Made by a program: the position numbers and the translations under genes. The notes beneath the pieces were generated by a model, which made no database searches, was not told where the DNA came from, and saw only the letters and a program-made list of their open reading frames with translations. Below are positions 36,351 to 46,438 of a stretch of DNA of 64,000 bases, one piece after another. This DNA is from Candidatus Aegiribacteria sp. (lineage in GTDB: Bacteria > Fermentibacterota > Fermentibacteria > Fermentibacterales > JCC-6), in assembly GCA_046498225.1 (NCBI GenBank), contig JAWOBF010000061.1:10396-74395 (forward strand). Reading direction: 5' to 3'. Each line of letters begins with the position of its first letter. Position 1 is the first letter of the stretch.

Positions 36351-37591
36351 GCCGGTCCCCCTCCGGCGTGGCACTGGGACAGCCTTCTGTAGAACCGGTC
36401 CGTTACCCGTTCCCAGGTCCATTCATTCTTTACAAGCCTTTGTCCCGCCTCGCCCATGGACCTTCTGAGGGAGGGGTCGCGCAGAAGCAGTTCAGTTCTG
36501 TGCGCCAGGGTGGCCGTGTCACCGAAGGGGACCAGGAAACCGTTCTCCCCCTCCCTGATGATATCCGGCATTCCTCCGGACCAGCATCCTATCACCGGCC
36601 TGCCAAGCATCCAGGCCTCCAGCACCACGATGCCGAAGCAGTCCAGCCTGGAGGGAAGCATCACTACGTCGGCCGCCCTGATAAGGTCTATTCTATCCTC
36701 TTTTCTGATGTAGCCCGTCACCACGACCCTGTTCTCGAGGTCGGGGTTCCCGTGGACCTCCCGGTCCAGCAGGCGCTGGGCGTCGGGCATTACAGGCCCG
36801 GCCAGCACCAGGGTGGCCTTCAGCCCCCGGCCGGTGAGTTCGGCCAGCGTTTCCAGCATCTGTTCCAGTCCCCTGTCCCTGCAGTGGCCGGTAAGGCTCA
36901 GCAGTATAGTGCCTTCCACGCCCAGACGGCGCCTGGCGGCTTCTCCGTCGGCCTTCTCGAACTCCTTCGGGTCAATGCCGCTTCCGGAGACGTGGACCCT
37001 CTCCTTCTCCACTCCCATCTCCAGGTAAAGGTCCCGTTCGAAACCGCTCTGAGCCACCACGAAACTGCTTTCTCCCAGTATTCTCCTCTGGCAGCCCCGA
37101 AAGTAGTGAAGGGCTTCCACCCTTCTGAACTTCTCACCCACGTTGGCGTGAGGAACGCATACCAGCCCGGAACCATGCCGCCTGCTGTACCTCCAGCCGT
37201 GGTAGAGGGCGAAGGGCATGGCATTCGCGTGGACAAGGTCGAACCCCCTGTCCCTGGACAGCCACCGGTTCAGAGAAGGCACGAACGGATTGGGATAGAA
37301 GAATCTGTCCCGTCCGCAGGGCAGGAGCCGCCTGAGAATGCCCCTGAGAATGTCCTGCAGGGGCGGGTGGCGGACGGGAAAACGCCTTATGATTATGCCC
37401 CTGTGGACGTCCCTGCGTCTCTCCACATGCATTCCGGTCCTGGATACCAGCCAGGACATGTCCCATGCGTCGGTTGCGCAGATAACCGAGGTGTGCCCCC
37501 TCGCGGCTCCGGCCAGGGCATGTTCCAGCACGTACCGCTCCGCTCCTCCGTGGTAGGGCCATGACCTGTGAACCAGGTGCAGTATCCTCAT
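36347..37591 (-). CDS. Glycosyltransferase family 4
   Basis: GGAERY, PSRLDCFGIVVLEAW. Confidence 0.9.
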   Translation of the reverse strand: MRILHLVHRSWPYHGGAERYVLEHALAGAARGHTSVICATDAWDMSWLVSRTGMHVERRRDVHRGIIIRRFPVRHPPLQDILRGILRRLLPCGRDRFFYPNPFVPSLNRWLSRDRGFDLVHANAMPFALYHGWRYSRRHGSGLVCVPHANVGEKFRRVEALHYFRGCQRRILGESSFVVAQSGFERDLYLEMGVEKERVHVSGSGIDPKEFEKADGEAARRRLGVEGTILLSLTGHCRDRGLEQMLETLAELTGRGLKATLVLAGPVMPDAQRLLDREVHGNPDLENRVVVTGYIRKEDRIDLIRAADVVMLPSRLDCFGIVVLEAWMLGRPVIGCWSGGMPDIIREGENGFLVPFGDTATLAHRTELLLRDPSLRRSMGEAGQRLVKNEWTWERVTDRFYRRLSQCHAGGGPA

Positions 37592-38715
37592 TCTCCGGCT
37601 ATCCTCCTGTAGAATTCCAGAAGTCCCGCCGCAACGTCAGACCAGCGTACCCTTTCCACCGACTCGGACATGCGCCTGAGAACATCTGCCCGTGAGGGGT
37701 CCGACAGTGCCGTCATCTCCTCGACCCATTGCTCCGGCCGGTCTGGGGACAGGAGCACGCCTCCCTCACCGACGGTTTCGGGAAGCGCGGTCGAACTGCT
37801 GGAGACAACCGGTGTGTTACAGGCGAAAGCCTCCAGGACCGGAAGACCCAGCCCCTCGTAACGGCTGGGACACAGAAGGGCACGCGCGCCCCTGTAAAGG
37901 TCGGGCATGCGGCGGTCGGGCACTCCTCTGAGCACACGCAGTCCGGGGACATCCCTCATTCTCACGTTCCCCCAGCCGCCTTCCCCCACCATCACCAGAG
38001 GAATGTCGACCCCCCGGCGGCGGGATGCGGCGTAGGCCTCGATCAGCAACGGAATGTTCTTTCTCGGGACGAAATTGCCCACGTGCAGAAAATAATCTCC
38101 CGGACTCAGTCCGTATTCCTGCATGACCTTCGTGGAGGGCGGTCCGGGGGCGAACTCGTCTCCGGCTGCGCCTCCCGCCACGTACACCCTCTCCTCGGGT
38201 ACTCCCAGTGTCCTCACCATGCGGCTGGCGGTCCATCGGGATATTGCGGCGGCGAAGGCTCCCCCCCTTATCATGGCGGCCTCCCTCTCGGCGAAGGACA
38301 CGGTGGCCTCAGTGTGCCATTCGGAATGCTCCAGGGCGGAGAGGTCGTATACCGTCACCACGGACAGGCTGCCCGGCGGATGGAAGGGCTGCACCCCGCT
38401 GTGATGGTATATGGCGGGGCAGCCGGTGAGCCGCGCCAGCCTTCGGGGCCTCGATGAACGCTCCCAGCCCCTGCGAATCGGTATTCTTCTGACCAGCGGT
38501 ATCTTCATGTAGAGTGGAGCGGGTGTTTCCAGACATTCCAGAGGGGGACCCGGGACTCCCGGATGCGCCGCCGGAACGTCCACCAGAACCAGCTCCACAT
38601 CAAAATCGGGCGCCCTCACCCTCATTGCCGCGGCAAGCCGGGTGAGGTACCTTGACACCCCTCCCACCGCGTGGGGAACCGGGCTCAGGTCGAATGCGGC
38701 CCTGATGACGTTCAT
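37588..38715 (-). CDS. Glycosyltransferase family 4
   Basis: GGVSRY, VGNFVPRKN, PSRYEGLGLPVLEA. Confidence 0.9.
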   Translation of the reverse strand: MNVIRAAFDLSPVPHAVGGVSRYLTRLAAAMRVRAPDFDVELVLVDVPAAHPGVPGPPLECLETPAPLYMKIPLVRRIPIRRGWERSSRPRRLARLTGCPAIYHHSGVQPFHPPGSLSVVTVYDLSALEHSEWHTEATVSFAEREAAMIRGGAFAAAISRWTASRMVRTLGVPEERVYVAGGAAGDEFAPGPPSTKVMQEYGLSPGDYFLHVGNFVPRKNIPLLIEAYAASRRRGVDIPLVMVGEGGWGNVRMRDVPGLRVLRGVPDRRMPDLYRGARALLCPSRYEGLGLPVLEAFACNTPVVSSSSTALPETVGEGGVLLSPDRPEQWVEEMTALSDPSRADVLRRMSESVERVRWSDVAAGLLEFYRRIAGE

Positions 38716-40298
38716 TCGGGGTAACCCCTTACCCAGACCGTATCGGACGGCGAAGCGCCGGGGAACAGGGGGGCCAGCGCGGCGTCGTGTATCTCCCTCT
38801 CCTCCGGAGTGTACAGCCATCTGTGGTACATCAGGGTCTGACCGGATTCAGGGGACGCGGACACCATCTCCTCCGCGGAAGGAAGGGCCGGAAGCCTTGC
38901 CATGAAAGAATACCTCCTGGAATACGATGACCGCGCCTGGAACCATGAATACCTTCGCACCCCGCCGTCCACCGGCAGTTCAAGCACAGTGGTCCCGGCT
39001 TCGACCTCCAGGCAGGCGGAGGGAACGGAGGTTGGAAGAACCGGTATCGATGGAAGCGCCGTCTCGAGAATAAGCAGGGCGAATACTCCCCTTTTCCATC
39101 TGTCCTTCATGTTGGACACGACCATTCCGGCGCCCAGGGCCACGAGAACACCCGCGGGAATGGCGAACCTGGATGGAGCCCTCACCCCTCCCATCAGCGG
39201 CAGCTGCTGAATGGCCCGAAATGGGAGCGGAATGCCCGAAGGCCTTCCCAGCAGCTTAAGCTCAGGGCCGAGAGCCATCAGGCAGAACAGGACCACGACC
39301 AGGAGCAGTTTCCATCCGCGAGTCCTCCAGACGTACATGCCGAACAGGACCAGGAGGGTAAGCCCCGGTGCAACCACTCCCTCCGCCGCGTTGGGCATCC
39401 ATGAGAATCTCATTGGAACGCCCAGAAGGCTTCCGGCGGTCCCGAAAGGCGAAGGAAGAAGGAACGACTGCGGCTCGGCGGCCCAGTACACCGCTTCCCT
39501 CCAGTCCGGGGAGAGGCTCCCCGTCTGCCCCGGAGCCGTGAGCAGCATGACCGCCGGCAGAGCGGTCGCCGCCGCCCAGACCAGTGCCAGCGCTCCCGCC
39601 CTTCGAAGGCCTGAACCGCGCACAAGACAGATACCCATGGCCGAAAGCAGAGCGAACAGTGAGATGAAGGGGCTTTCCATTCCCGCAGCCAGGATGGCGG
39701 CGGCGAACAGCGCCAGAAAGGCCCCTCCGCCCCTTCGGATGTAGAGGGTGGCGGCCCAGAGAGAGGCGGGAAGGGCCCAGCAGTTCGCGATCTGGTAATG
39801 CTGCATGAGGTGGGCGGTCCTGGCGGGCAGCCAGGCCAGGGCAAGGGCGGTGAAAAGCGCGCCGTACCTGCCGGCCCCCCACGACCTGGCAAGAAGGTAC
39901 CCGAAAAGCCCTGTGAGCAGCGTCCCAAACATCAGGGAGAGGCTGTGGGACAGCTCGGGCCGGGTACCGCCGGTTCCCAGGGCCCCGAAGAGGAGAGCGT
40001 CCAGCCAGCCCACGTGATCGTACGCCAGGGACGCTCCTTCCGGAGCGTATATTGCCGGGCAGAACCTGGGGTCCTGACCGGACGACAGCGCCCGGGAGAC
40101 CCACCAGAAATGCCATGCATGGTGGTAGGGGTCGGCATCGCCGGCCACGGCCGGTTCCCTGGCGGTCACTCCGATTATCCCCGCGGTCCCGGAGGAGAAC
40201 ATCATGATGTAGGGCATCAGCAGGAGCAGGAGTGCTCCCAGCGCCGCAGCGGTGAACAACCCCCCTCCCCGGTAACGGCCGCTATTCCCAGAGCACAT
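38712..40298 (-). CDS. Multi-pass membrane protein, YfhO-like / GT-C
   Basis: GDADPYHHAWHFWW...YAPEG loop; VRAPSRF; many TMs. Confidence 0.65.
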   Translation of the reverse strand: MCSGNSGRYRGGGLFTAAALGALLLLLMPYIMMFSSGTAGIIGVTAREPAVAGDADPYHHAWHFWWVSRALSSGQDPRFCPAIYAPEGASLAYDHVGWLDALLFGALGTGGTRPELSHSLSLMFGTLLTGLFGYLLARSWGAGRYGALFTALALAWLPARTAHLMQHYQIANCWALPASLWAATLYIRRGGGAFLALFAAAILAAGMESPFISLFALLSAMGICLVRGSGLRRAGALALVWAAATALPAVMLLTAPGQTGSLSPDWREAVYWAAEPQSFLLPSPFGTAGSLLGVPMRFSWMPNAAEGVVAPGLTLLVLFGMYVWRTRGWKLLLVVVLFCLMALGPELKLLGRPSGIPLPFRAIQQLPLMGGVRAPSRFAIPAGVLVALGAGMVVSNMKDRWKRGVFALLILETALPSIPVLPTSVPSACLEVEAGTTVLELPVDGGVRRYSWFQARSSYSRRYSFMARLPALPSAEEMVSASPESGQTLMYHRWLYTPEEREIHDAALAPLFPGASPSDTVWVRGYPE

Positions 40299-41712
40299 AG
40301 GATATCCAGCCGGTTCCCGTGAAGACCAGTTCCCTTCCCGGGACGTAGTTCGTTCCAGCCTTTCCCGGAAGCGGCTCGCCGTTGACCAGGCCCTTCCCCC
40401 ACGCAGTTACGTAAGCGCCACAGGCTCCCGCTGGGCCGGTGAGAGACCGCCTTCCTTCGAATTTCCAGGTTACCGAGGGGGTGTCAAGCTCACGGACGAA
40501 CCCGGTGGGAGGGTCCACCCATGAAGGGGAAAGTGAGCGGCGCTCCCCCTCTTCCGCATGGTCCCGCGTGAACTCCTCCGCCATTCGAACAGCCCGCTTC
40601 CAGTCTTCCCTCAGTCTCTTTACCGACCCCGTATCCTCCGCGTACATCCTGGCCGCCAGGGACAGTCCCTCCCTCAGCCGGTCATTCCTCAGCACGGCGT
40701 TCACCGCGGCGGGAACCCCCTGGACCATATTGTCAGGCGGGACCCTTATCACCGCATCGGATGGCATGTTAAGGAACGATCCGGAGGCAGATACAACAGG
40801 CGGGACTCCGGCTCTCATGGCCTCCAGAAGGCTTCCCGAGGTTTCCCCGCAGGTGGGATGACGCAGGTCGAGGACCAGGTCCAGCGTCCTTATCCAGCTC
40901 TGGTAGAGCGCTTCTTCCAGCCTGCCTGTCCGCACGGTCCACGGAGGCAGTTCATCGGGGTACCCGCCTCCTATGAGCAGAAGTCCCGCATCCGGCTCCC
41001 GTTCCCTTACCTTCTCCATGGCCCTCATCACCTGCTCCAGGTTCCTTCCCGGATGGTAGCTGCCCACCATTCCCAGGCAGACTCGAAAGGGCTTTTCCAT
41101 CTTTCGAAGCTCGGGAAGAGGGCTCAGCGGGTGCCCCAGGGTCATCACGGCTCCCGGGGGGTAGGAGTCACTGATGCCGGCGGCGGCGTAATCGTTGAGA
41201 CACATTGCGCTGGTGGAGCTGTTCACCGACCTTCCCACAAGGGGGTATTCCTTCAGGAGAGCGTCGTATTCCTCGCTGGAGGAGGCGGTTCCGGAAAGCT
41301 TCTTTTCAACGGCCTCCGCGGCGGGCCCGTAGCAGAACCGGAGCTCCCTCCTGTAATCGTCCATCCTTCCCCTTCTCAGGTATCCGTCCCTGAGCATGTG
41401 ATGAAGCACCGTTTCATGGAACAGGGCTGTGCCGCCCATGGAGTAGAGAGCCTGCGCGATGGGAAAACAGTGGGGTGAGTTGCCCAGCTGGAATACTCTC
41501 ACAGCCGGGACTTCGCTGTGGTCCAGCCTGTCAAGTGGAATATGGCGTGCAATTCCGGGGACTGAGTTCGGTTCGCCTCCCGGAGGACTCGCCACCACCC
41601 ATCGGATACGTTCCGAAGTGTGCTTCAGCACCCTCTCCGCGTATGTGGCCAGACCGGTCCGCATGGGAGGAAGTGGCGTTACGAGAAGAACTTCAGTCCT
41701 TTCCTCCGGCAT
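40282..41712 (-). CDS. Glycosyltransferase family 4-like
   Basis: TPLPPMRTGLATY, QLGNSPH, LRHPTCGETSGSLLEAM. Confidence 0.85.
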   Translation of the reverse strand: MPEERTEVLLVTPLPPMRTGLATYAERVLKHTSERIRWVVASPPGGEPNSVPGIARHIPLDRLDHSEVPAVRVFQLGNSPHCFPIAQALYSMGGTALFHETVLHHMLRDGYLRRGRMDDYRRELRFCYGPAAEAVEKKLSGTASSSEEYDALLKEYPLVGRSVNSSTSAMCLNDYAAAGISDSYPPGAVMTLGHPLSPLPELRKMEKPFRVCLGMVGSYHPGRNLEQVMRAMEKVREREPDAGLLLIGGGYPDELPPWTVRTGRLEEALYQSWIRTLDLVLDLRHPTCGETSGSLLEAMRAGVPPVVSASGSFLNMPSDAVIRVPPDNMVQGVPAAVNAVLRNDRLREGLSLAARMYAEDTGSVKRLREDWKRAVRMAEEFTRDHAEEGERRSLSPSWVDPPTGFVRELDTPSVTWKFEGRRSLTGPAGACGAYVTAWGKGLVNGEPLPGKAGTNYVPGRELVFTGTGWISYVLWE

Positions 41713-42448
41713 CTCCCCTCCATACCCTCAGTCTCAGCCTCAGCAGCTGGACGAACATCTCGATTATGGGTCCAAGCCGCACCCATGCGAAGATACCGCT
41801 CCTGAAACTCTCGCAGGATACGCTGCCCGCCCTTCTTGGATAATGGGACACCGGCAGCTGCAGGACCCGCATTCCCAGCTTCCTGGGAAACAGCAGCAGC
41901 TCCAGGTCGGCCACGCTGGAGGTGGACCTTATCTCGAACCTGTTGAAGATATCCCTTCTAAAGAGCTTGAAGGAGGAGTCGACGTCACGGAAGCCTCCCC
42001 AGAACAGAAGATATGTAAGGGTATTGTAGGCGAAGGAATACATCAGCCTCATCAGGGGGTCTTTCCTGTTCCTTCTGAAGCCGGAAACAACGTCCGCTCC
42101 CTCGCGAATGAGCCAGAGTGACTCCAGCTCCCTCAGGTCGAACTGACCGTCGCAGTCCGTATAGAACACCCAGGGCATGGACGCGGTCCTGATACCCGTC
42201 CAGACCGCCCCGCCTATTCCGATGTTCACCGGGTGGCTGACGGCCCTGACGTTCCGGTGTTCCCCCGCCAGCTTCCCCGCTATTCGGGCGGTACCGTCGG
42301 AGGACCCGTCATCAACAACTATGATCTCCCCGGGAATGTCCAGGTGGTCCAGAACCTCCATGATCTTCCCGACCATGTACTCCACGTTCTCTTCCTCGTT
42401 GAATGCGGGAAATACTACGGAAAGACCTTCGCGATTCTGCTGTGCTAT
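41693..42448 (-). CDS. GT2, polyprenol-phosphate glycosyltransferase (DPM1-like)
   Basis: SVVFPAFNEEEN, VVDDGSSDGT, YTDCDGQF, DVDSSFKLFRR; start inferred at ATA. Confidence 0.88.
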   Translation of the reverse strand: MAQQNREGLSVVFPAFNEEENVEYMVGKIMEVLDHLDIPGEIIVVDDGSSDGTARIAGKLAGEHRNVRAVSHPVNIGIGGAVWTGIRTASMPWVFYTDCDGQFDLRELESLWLIREGADVVSGFRRNRKDPLMRLMYSFAYNTLTYLLFWGGFRDVDSSFKLFRRDIFNRFEIRSTSSVADLELLLFPRKLGMRVLQLPVSHYPRRAGSVSCESFRSGIFAWVRLGPIIEMFVQLLRLRLRVWRGDAGGKD

Positions 42449-42532
42449 GGGACGCCCCCCGGAAAAATTCCTCGGTCAGATGTTGTCCGGTGAAAAATAG
42501 CCCAACGGAAGGATAAAGTCTACACTTCCGCT

Positions 42533-42847
42533 TCAGGCGGAGGTGTGGAAAACGGAGGGGTTCTCCCTTCCGCAGAGCACCACGCATCCGCTGCCCCCGG
42601 CGTCGACCACCCACTGCAGGTCGAACCTTACCGGGGTTCCATCCCTCCAGCTGTCCGCGAGGTACCAGCAGCCTTCGGGACCGGCAAGCTTTCCGGTGAG
42701 CATTCCCTTCTCCATCACCAGCAGAGAATATCGGCTTCCCAGGGTTCCGAATACGCTCATCGAACGGGCCTGCAGAGGGCTTTCCGGGGAAGGTTCCCAT
42801 CTTCCGGAATCCTCCGGCCGGCTGTTTATGAACAGGATTTCATCCAT
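42533..42847 (-). CDS. Hypothetical protein (104 aa)
   Basis: ATG with GGGAGGT SD; fills the gap after mutS. Confidence 0.5.
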   Translation of the reverse strand: MDEILFINSRPEDSGRWEPSPESPLQARSMSVFGTLGSRYSLLVMEKGMLTGKLAGPEGCWYLADSWRDGTPVRFDLQWVVDAGGSGCVVLCGRENPSVFHTSA

Positions 42848-42911
42848 GATACCTCCCGGTCTGGTTTCCGGGTGTATCATAACATCTGGACAAGCGGATG
42901 TAAACACCTGT

Positions 42912-45470
42912 TCACTCCAGGCTGTCGCGAAGCTCGTAGAGTATCTCCAGGGCCCTTCTGGGAGTCAGTGAATCCGGGTCCAGCTCCATCAGTCTCTCGG
43001 CCAGAGGGTCCTTCAGGCCGTCCGGAGCATCCAGTGAAAGCTCCAGCTGCTCCTCGTTCCCTCCTCCCGGCATCAGGTGTCTTCCGGCTTCCAGGTCCGC
43101 CAGCACCTTTCTGGCCCTTCGGACCACCCTGGAAGGGACTCCAGCCATGGAAGCCACGTGTATTCCGTAGGATTCGTCCGTGCTTCCCTCCTCTATGCTG
43201 TAGAGGAATACTACCTTTCCCCCCGTATCCCTGACCTTGACGTTCACGTTGGCCACCGCCGGAAGAAGGCTGCCGAGAGCCGTAAGCTCATGATAATGGG
43301 TGGCGAACAGCACCAGGGGCCTGTGTCTGGCGCTGTCATGCAGGTACTCTACCATGGCCCATGCCAGGGACAGCCCGTCGTAGGTGCTGGTTCCCCTTCC
43401 CACCTCGTCCAGTATCGCCAGGCTGTCCGGAGTGCTGGAGTTCAGGAGGGCGGCGGCTTCCGCCATCTCCACTAGGAAGGTGGACTGACCCCTGGTTATG
43501 CGGTCGGAGGAGCCTATTCGAGTGAATATCCTGTCCACAGGCGAAAACACCATTGAATCGGCCGGCACGAAGGAACCGGCCTGGGCCATGACCACCAGAA
43601 GGGCCGCCTGCCTGAGGTATGTGGACTTTCCCGCCATGTTCGGGCCGGTTACCAGCAGTATCCGCCTTCCCCGGTTCAGGTCCAGGCTGTTGGGAACGCA
43701 TTCTCCCTGCGGAAGCAGCCTGTCCAGCACCGGATGCCTGCCGTTGCTTATGGATATTCCGGGATTATCGGCCAGCTCCGGCCTGGTGTATCCCCGGCGG
43801 GAAGCCATGAAGGCCAGGGAGGACAGCACGTCCAGCCCCGCCAGCATCTTCCCCGCCGACCTTATGCCCTCTATATGCTCCGCCACGCTGGAGCGAAGGC
43901 TTATGAAGAGGCGGCTCTCCAGCTTCTCCATCTGCTCTCCGGCCCTGAATATCTTCGCCTCCATCTCCTTCAGCTGCGGCGTTATGAACCTCTCGGCGTT
44001 GACCAGGGTCTGCTTTCGAATGTAATCCTCCGGCACCTTGTCCAGATGGCTTTTCGAAATCTCGATATAGTATCCGAACACCTTGTTGCTTCCTATGGAA
44101 AGGTTGGGAATGCCGGTCCGCTCCCTCTCCCGGTCCCTCTGGGCAGTTATCCAGTCCCGTCCGCCCGAGCGTATCTCCCTGTAGCCGTCGAGTTCGGGGG
44201 ACACTCCCTCCCTTATCACCCAGCCGTCGGAAAGCCTGGCCGGCGGTTCGTCGGTGAGGGTGGTATCGATCATCTTCCCCACCTCCTCAAGCAGGTCCAG
44301 TGAAGCCATATCCGTCAGCAGCTCCGAATCGGACCCTCGAATCAGCTCCACGGCATCCGGAAGCAGGGAAATCGTGTCCGCCACCGCTCTGAGATCCCTC
44401 GGCGATGATCTCAGCGTTCCCAGTTTTCCCGCCTGCCTCTGAAGGTCAGCCGCCCGCGGGAGGATGCTTCGAAGACCATCCAGGGCATCCGTGTTCCGCG
44501 TGAGCCAGGAGACCGCGTCGTACCTGTTCTCTATGGTTTTCCTTTCCCGGGAGGGCGACGAGAGCCATTTGCGCCATTCCCTGGACCCGGCGGGGGTCAC
44601 GGTCTCGTCCGTGGTCTCCGAGAGCACTCCGGAATCCTCCCCCGGCGAAGGCTCGGTAATGTTTAGGGACCTGGCGCTTCCCCTGTCGATTATCATGCAG
44701 TCATCGCGCCTGTACATTCCGGAGAAGTAAAGGTGGGACGCGTCCATTCTCTTGGTGTCCCTTATGTACGCCAGCAGAGCGCCCACCGCTGAGATGGCGG
44801 GGCTTTCCGGTCCGCTCCCCAGACCGTCGGTGGTCTCCAGGTCGAGTACGCTGCCCGCGCTGGCCGCGGCCGTCCCCGGCTCGAATTTCCAGGGTTCCAG
44901 CACGGTTGCCTCGCATCCCGCGGGAGGCTGTATCCCCGTACCTTCGGGCAGCAGTATCTCAGAGGGGTTTCTCCTGGCTATTTCCGCGGGAAGAAGGCCC
45001 TCGTTCATCTCCGTGGCTTCGATCTCCCCGGTGGATATGTCGCAGAAGGCCAGTCCTCCCCTTCCACCCCGGGAGCAGGCGGAGCAGAGCAGCACGGTCC
45101 TGCGCTCGTCCAGCGCGGGTCCGCTGACCAGGGTACCCGGCGTTATCACCTCCACCACTTCGCGGCGCACCAGTCCCTTCGCCTGTGCGGGGTCTTCGGT
45201 CTGCTCGCATATGGCCACCCTGTACCCTGCGCTGATAAGCTTCGACAGGTAGCCATCCAGGGCATGGTAGGGGAACCCCGCCAGGGGAATGCCCTCCCCG
45301 CTCTCCCTGTTCCTGTCCCTCGAGGTGAGCGTTATGCCAAGAGCTCCGGAGACCGTCTTAGCGTCATCGAAGAAGGTTTCGTAGAAATCTCCCATCCTGA
45401 AAAGCAGTATCTCACCGGGGTGGTCCTTCTTGATCTCCAGGAACTGGCGCATCATTGGAGTATTGGTCAT
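42912..45470 (-). CDS. mutS: DNA mismatch repair protein MutS
   Basis: TPMMRQF, GDFYETF, GPNMAGKSTY, STFLVEM, DEVGRGTST, FATHYHEL. Confidence 0.97.
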   Translation of the reverse strand: MTNTPMMRQFLEIKKDHPGEILLFRMGDFYETFFDDAKTVSGALGITLTSRDRNRESGEGIPLAGFPYHALDGYLSKLISAGYRVAICEQTEDPAQAKGLVRREVVEVITPGTLVSGPALDERRTVLLCSACSRGGRGGLAFCDISTGEIEATEMNEGLLPAEIARRNPSEILLPEGTGIQPPAGCEATVLEPWKFEPGTAAASAGSVLDLETTDGLGSGPESPAISAVGALLAYIRDTKRMDASHLYFSGMYRRDDCMIIDRGSARSLNITEPSPGEDSGVLSETTDETVTPAGSREWRKWLSSPSRERKTIENRYDAVSWLTRNTDALDGLRSILPRAADLQRQAGKLGTLRSSPRDLRAVADTISLLPDAVELIRGSDSELLTDMASLDLLEEVGKMIDTTLTDEPPARLSDGWVIREGVSPELDGYREIRSGGRDWITAQRDRERERTGIPNLSIGSNKVFGYYIEISKSHLDKVPEDYIRKQTLVNAERFITPQLKEMEAKIFRAGEQMEKLESRLFISLRSSVAEHIEGIRSAGKMLAGLDVLSSLAFMASRRGYTRPELADNPGISISNGRHPVLDRLLPQGECVPNSLDLNRGRRILLVTGPNMAGKSTYLRQAALLVVMAQAGSFVPADSMVFSPVDRIFTRIGSSDRITRGQSTFLVEMAEAAALLNSSTPDSLAILDEVGRGTSTYDGLSLAWAMVEYLHDSARHRPLVLFATHYHELTALGSLLPAVANVNVKVRDTGGKVVFLYSIEEGSTDESYGIHVASMAGVPSRVVRRARKVLADLEAGRHLMPGGGNEEQLELSLDAPDGLKDPLAERLMELDPDSLTPRRALEILYELRDSLE

Positions 45471-46438
45471 TCCAGCAGCTCCATGGCTTCCCCCACAAGG
45501 TCCAGCGGGAGTATTCCTCTCCTGCACGCCTGGTCCCCCCGGGCGCATTCTCTTCCCCCGTGTCTGTGGCAGGGTCTGCACGCCAGCCGGCCGGCCATGA
45601 AGTTCCCCTTCCTGTCCTGCCGCCAGAATCCCAGGGCAGGGGAAGTGGACGTGAAGACCACCAGCACCGGGACACCCATGGCCGCCGCCAGATGAGCGGG
45701 GCCGGAATCCGGCGATACAAGAAGGCTCAGGCCCTCCACGGCCTTTATCAGTCCCCTCACTCCCTCCTCTCCCGCGTAGGTATCCACTCCAGGTCGAAGT
45801 ACTTCCGAAGCCGCCGCAGAAACCTCGCGGGAATCCCCGGGGCCCCCTGTTATGAGGACATCGGCCCCGTGAAGGTCATGAAAGAGTCTGGCGGCCTCGG
45901 TAACCACCCCGCGGGGAATGGATTTAAGCGGCCACCTTCCCCCGGCCACGATGCCCACCGTCAGACGGTCCGGTTCCCCGCTCCTTCTCTCCAGCTCCGG
46001 TTCACCTGATCCCCCGAACCCGGCGGCGGCGAGAAAGTCATCCGTCCGCAGGGGCATGGGTTCCCTGCTTCCACGCAGAATCCTGCTTCTGCTTTTCCTG
46101 TCCATCCTGAACCTGCCGGTCACGTTCATTCCCAGGGTGGCCAGCCTGGTGGTAAGGCTGTTCTGCAGGTCCACCACACTGGAAGGGCCTATCCGCGCCA
46201 GCAGCCTTCTCAGACCCGGGAAGCCCTCTTCCCCCGGTACGGCGGGTATGATGTTTCCGTACATCCGCTCCACTATCGGCCGGTACTCATTCGAGGTCAC
46301 GAAATGGACCGGACCGGCTCCGGTGAGCCCGGCTGCCGCCGGCTGGGCCAGGATAACGTCACCCATGGAGTGAAGGCGGATTACGGCGGTACTACTGCCC
46401 GGCGAACTGGAGATCGTAGAGTTTCCTGTATTTTCCAT
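45467..46438 (-). CDS. Glycosyltransferase family 9
   Basis: IRLHSMGDVIL, PDSGPAHLAAAMGVP, CRPCHRHG; start uncertain. Confidence 0.88.
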   Translation of the reverse strand: MENTGNSTISSSPGSSTAVIRLHSMGDVILAQPAAAGLTGAGPVHFVTSNEYRPIVERMYGNIIPAVPGEEGFPGLRRLLARIGPSSVVDLQNSLTTRLATLGMNVTGRFRMDRKSRSRILRGSREPMPLRTDDFLAAAGFGGSGEPELERRSGEPDRLTVGIVAGGRWPLKSIPRGVVTEAARLFHDLHGADVLITGGPGDSREVSAAASEVLRPGVDTYAGEEGVRGLIKAVEGLSLLVSPDSGPAHLAAAMGVPVLVVFTSTSPALGFWRQDRKGNFMAGRLACRPCHRHGGRECARGDQACRRGILPLDLVGEAMELLE

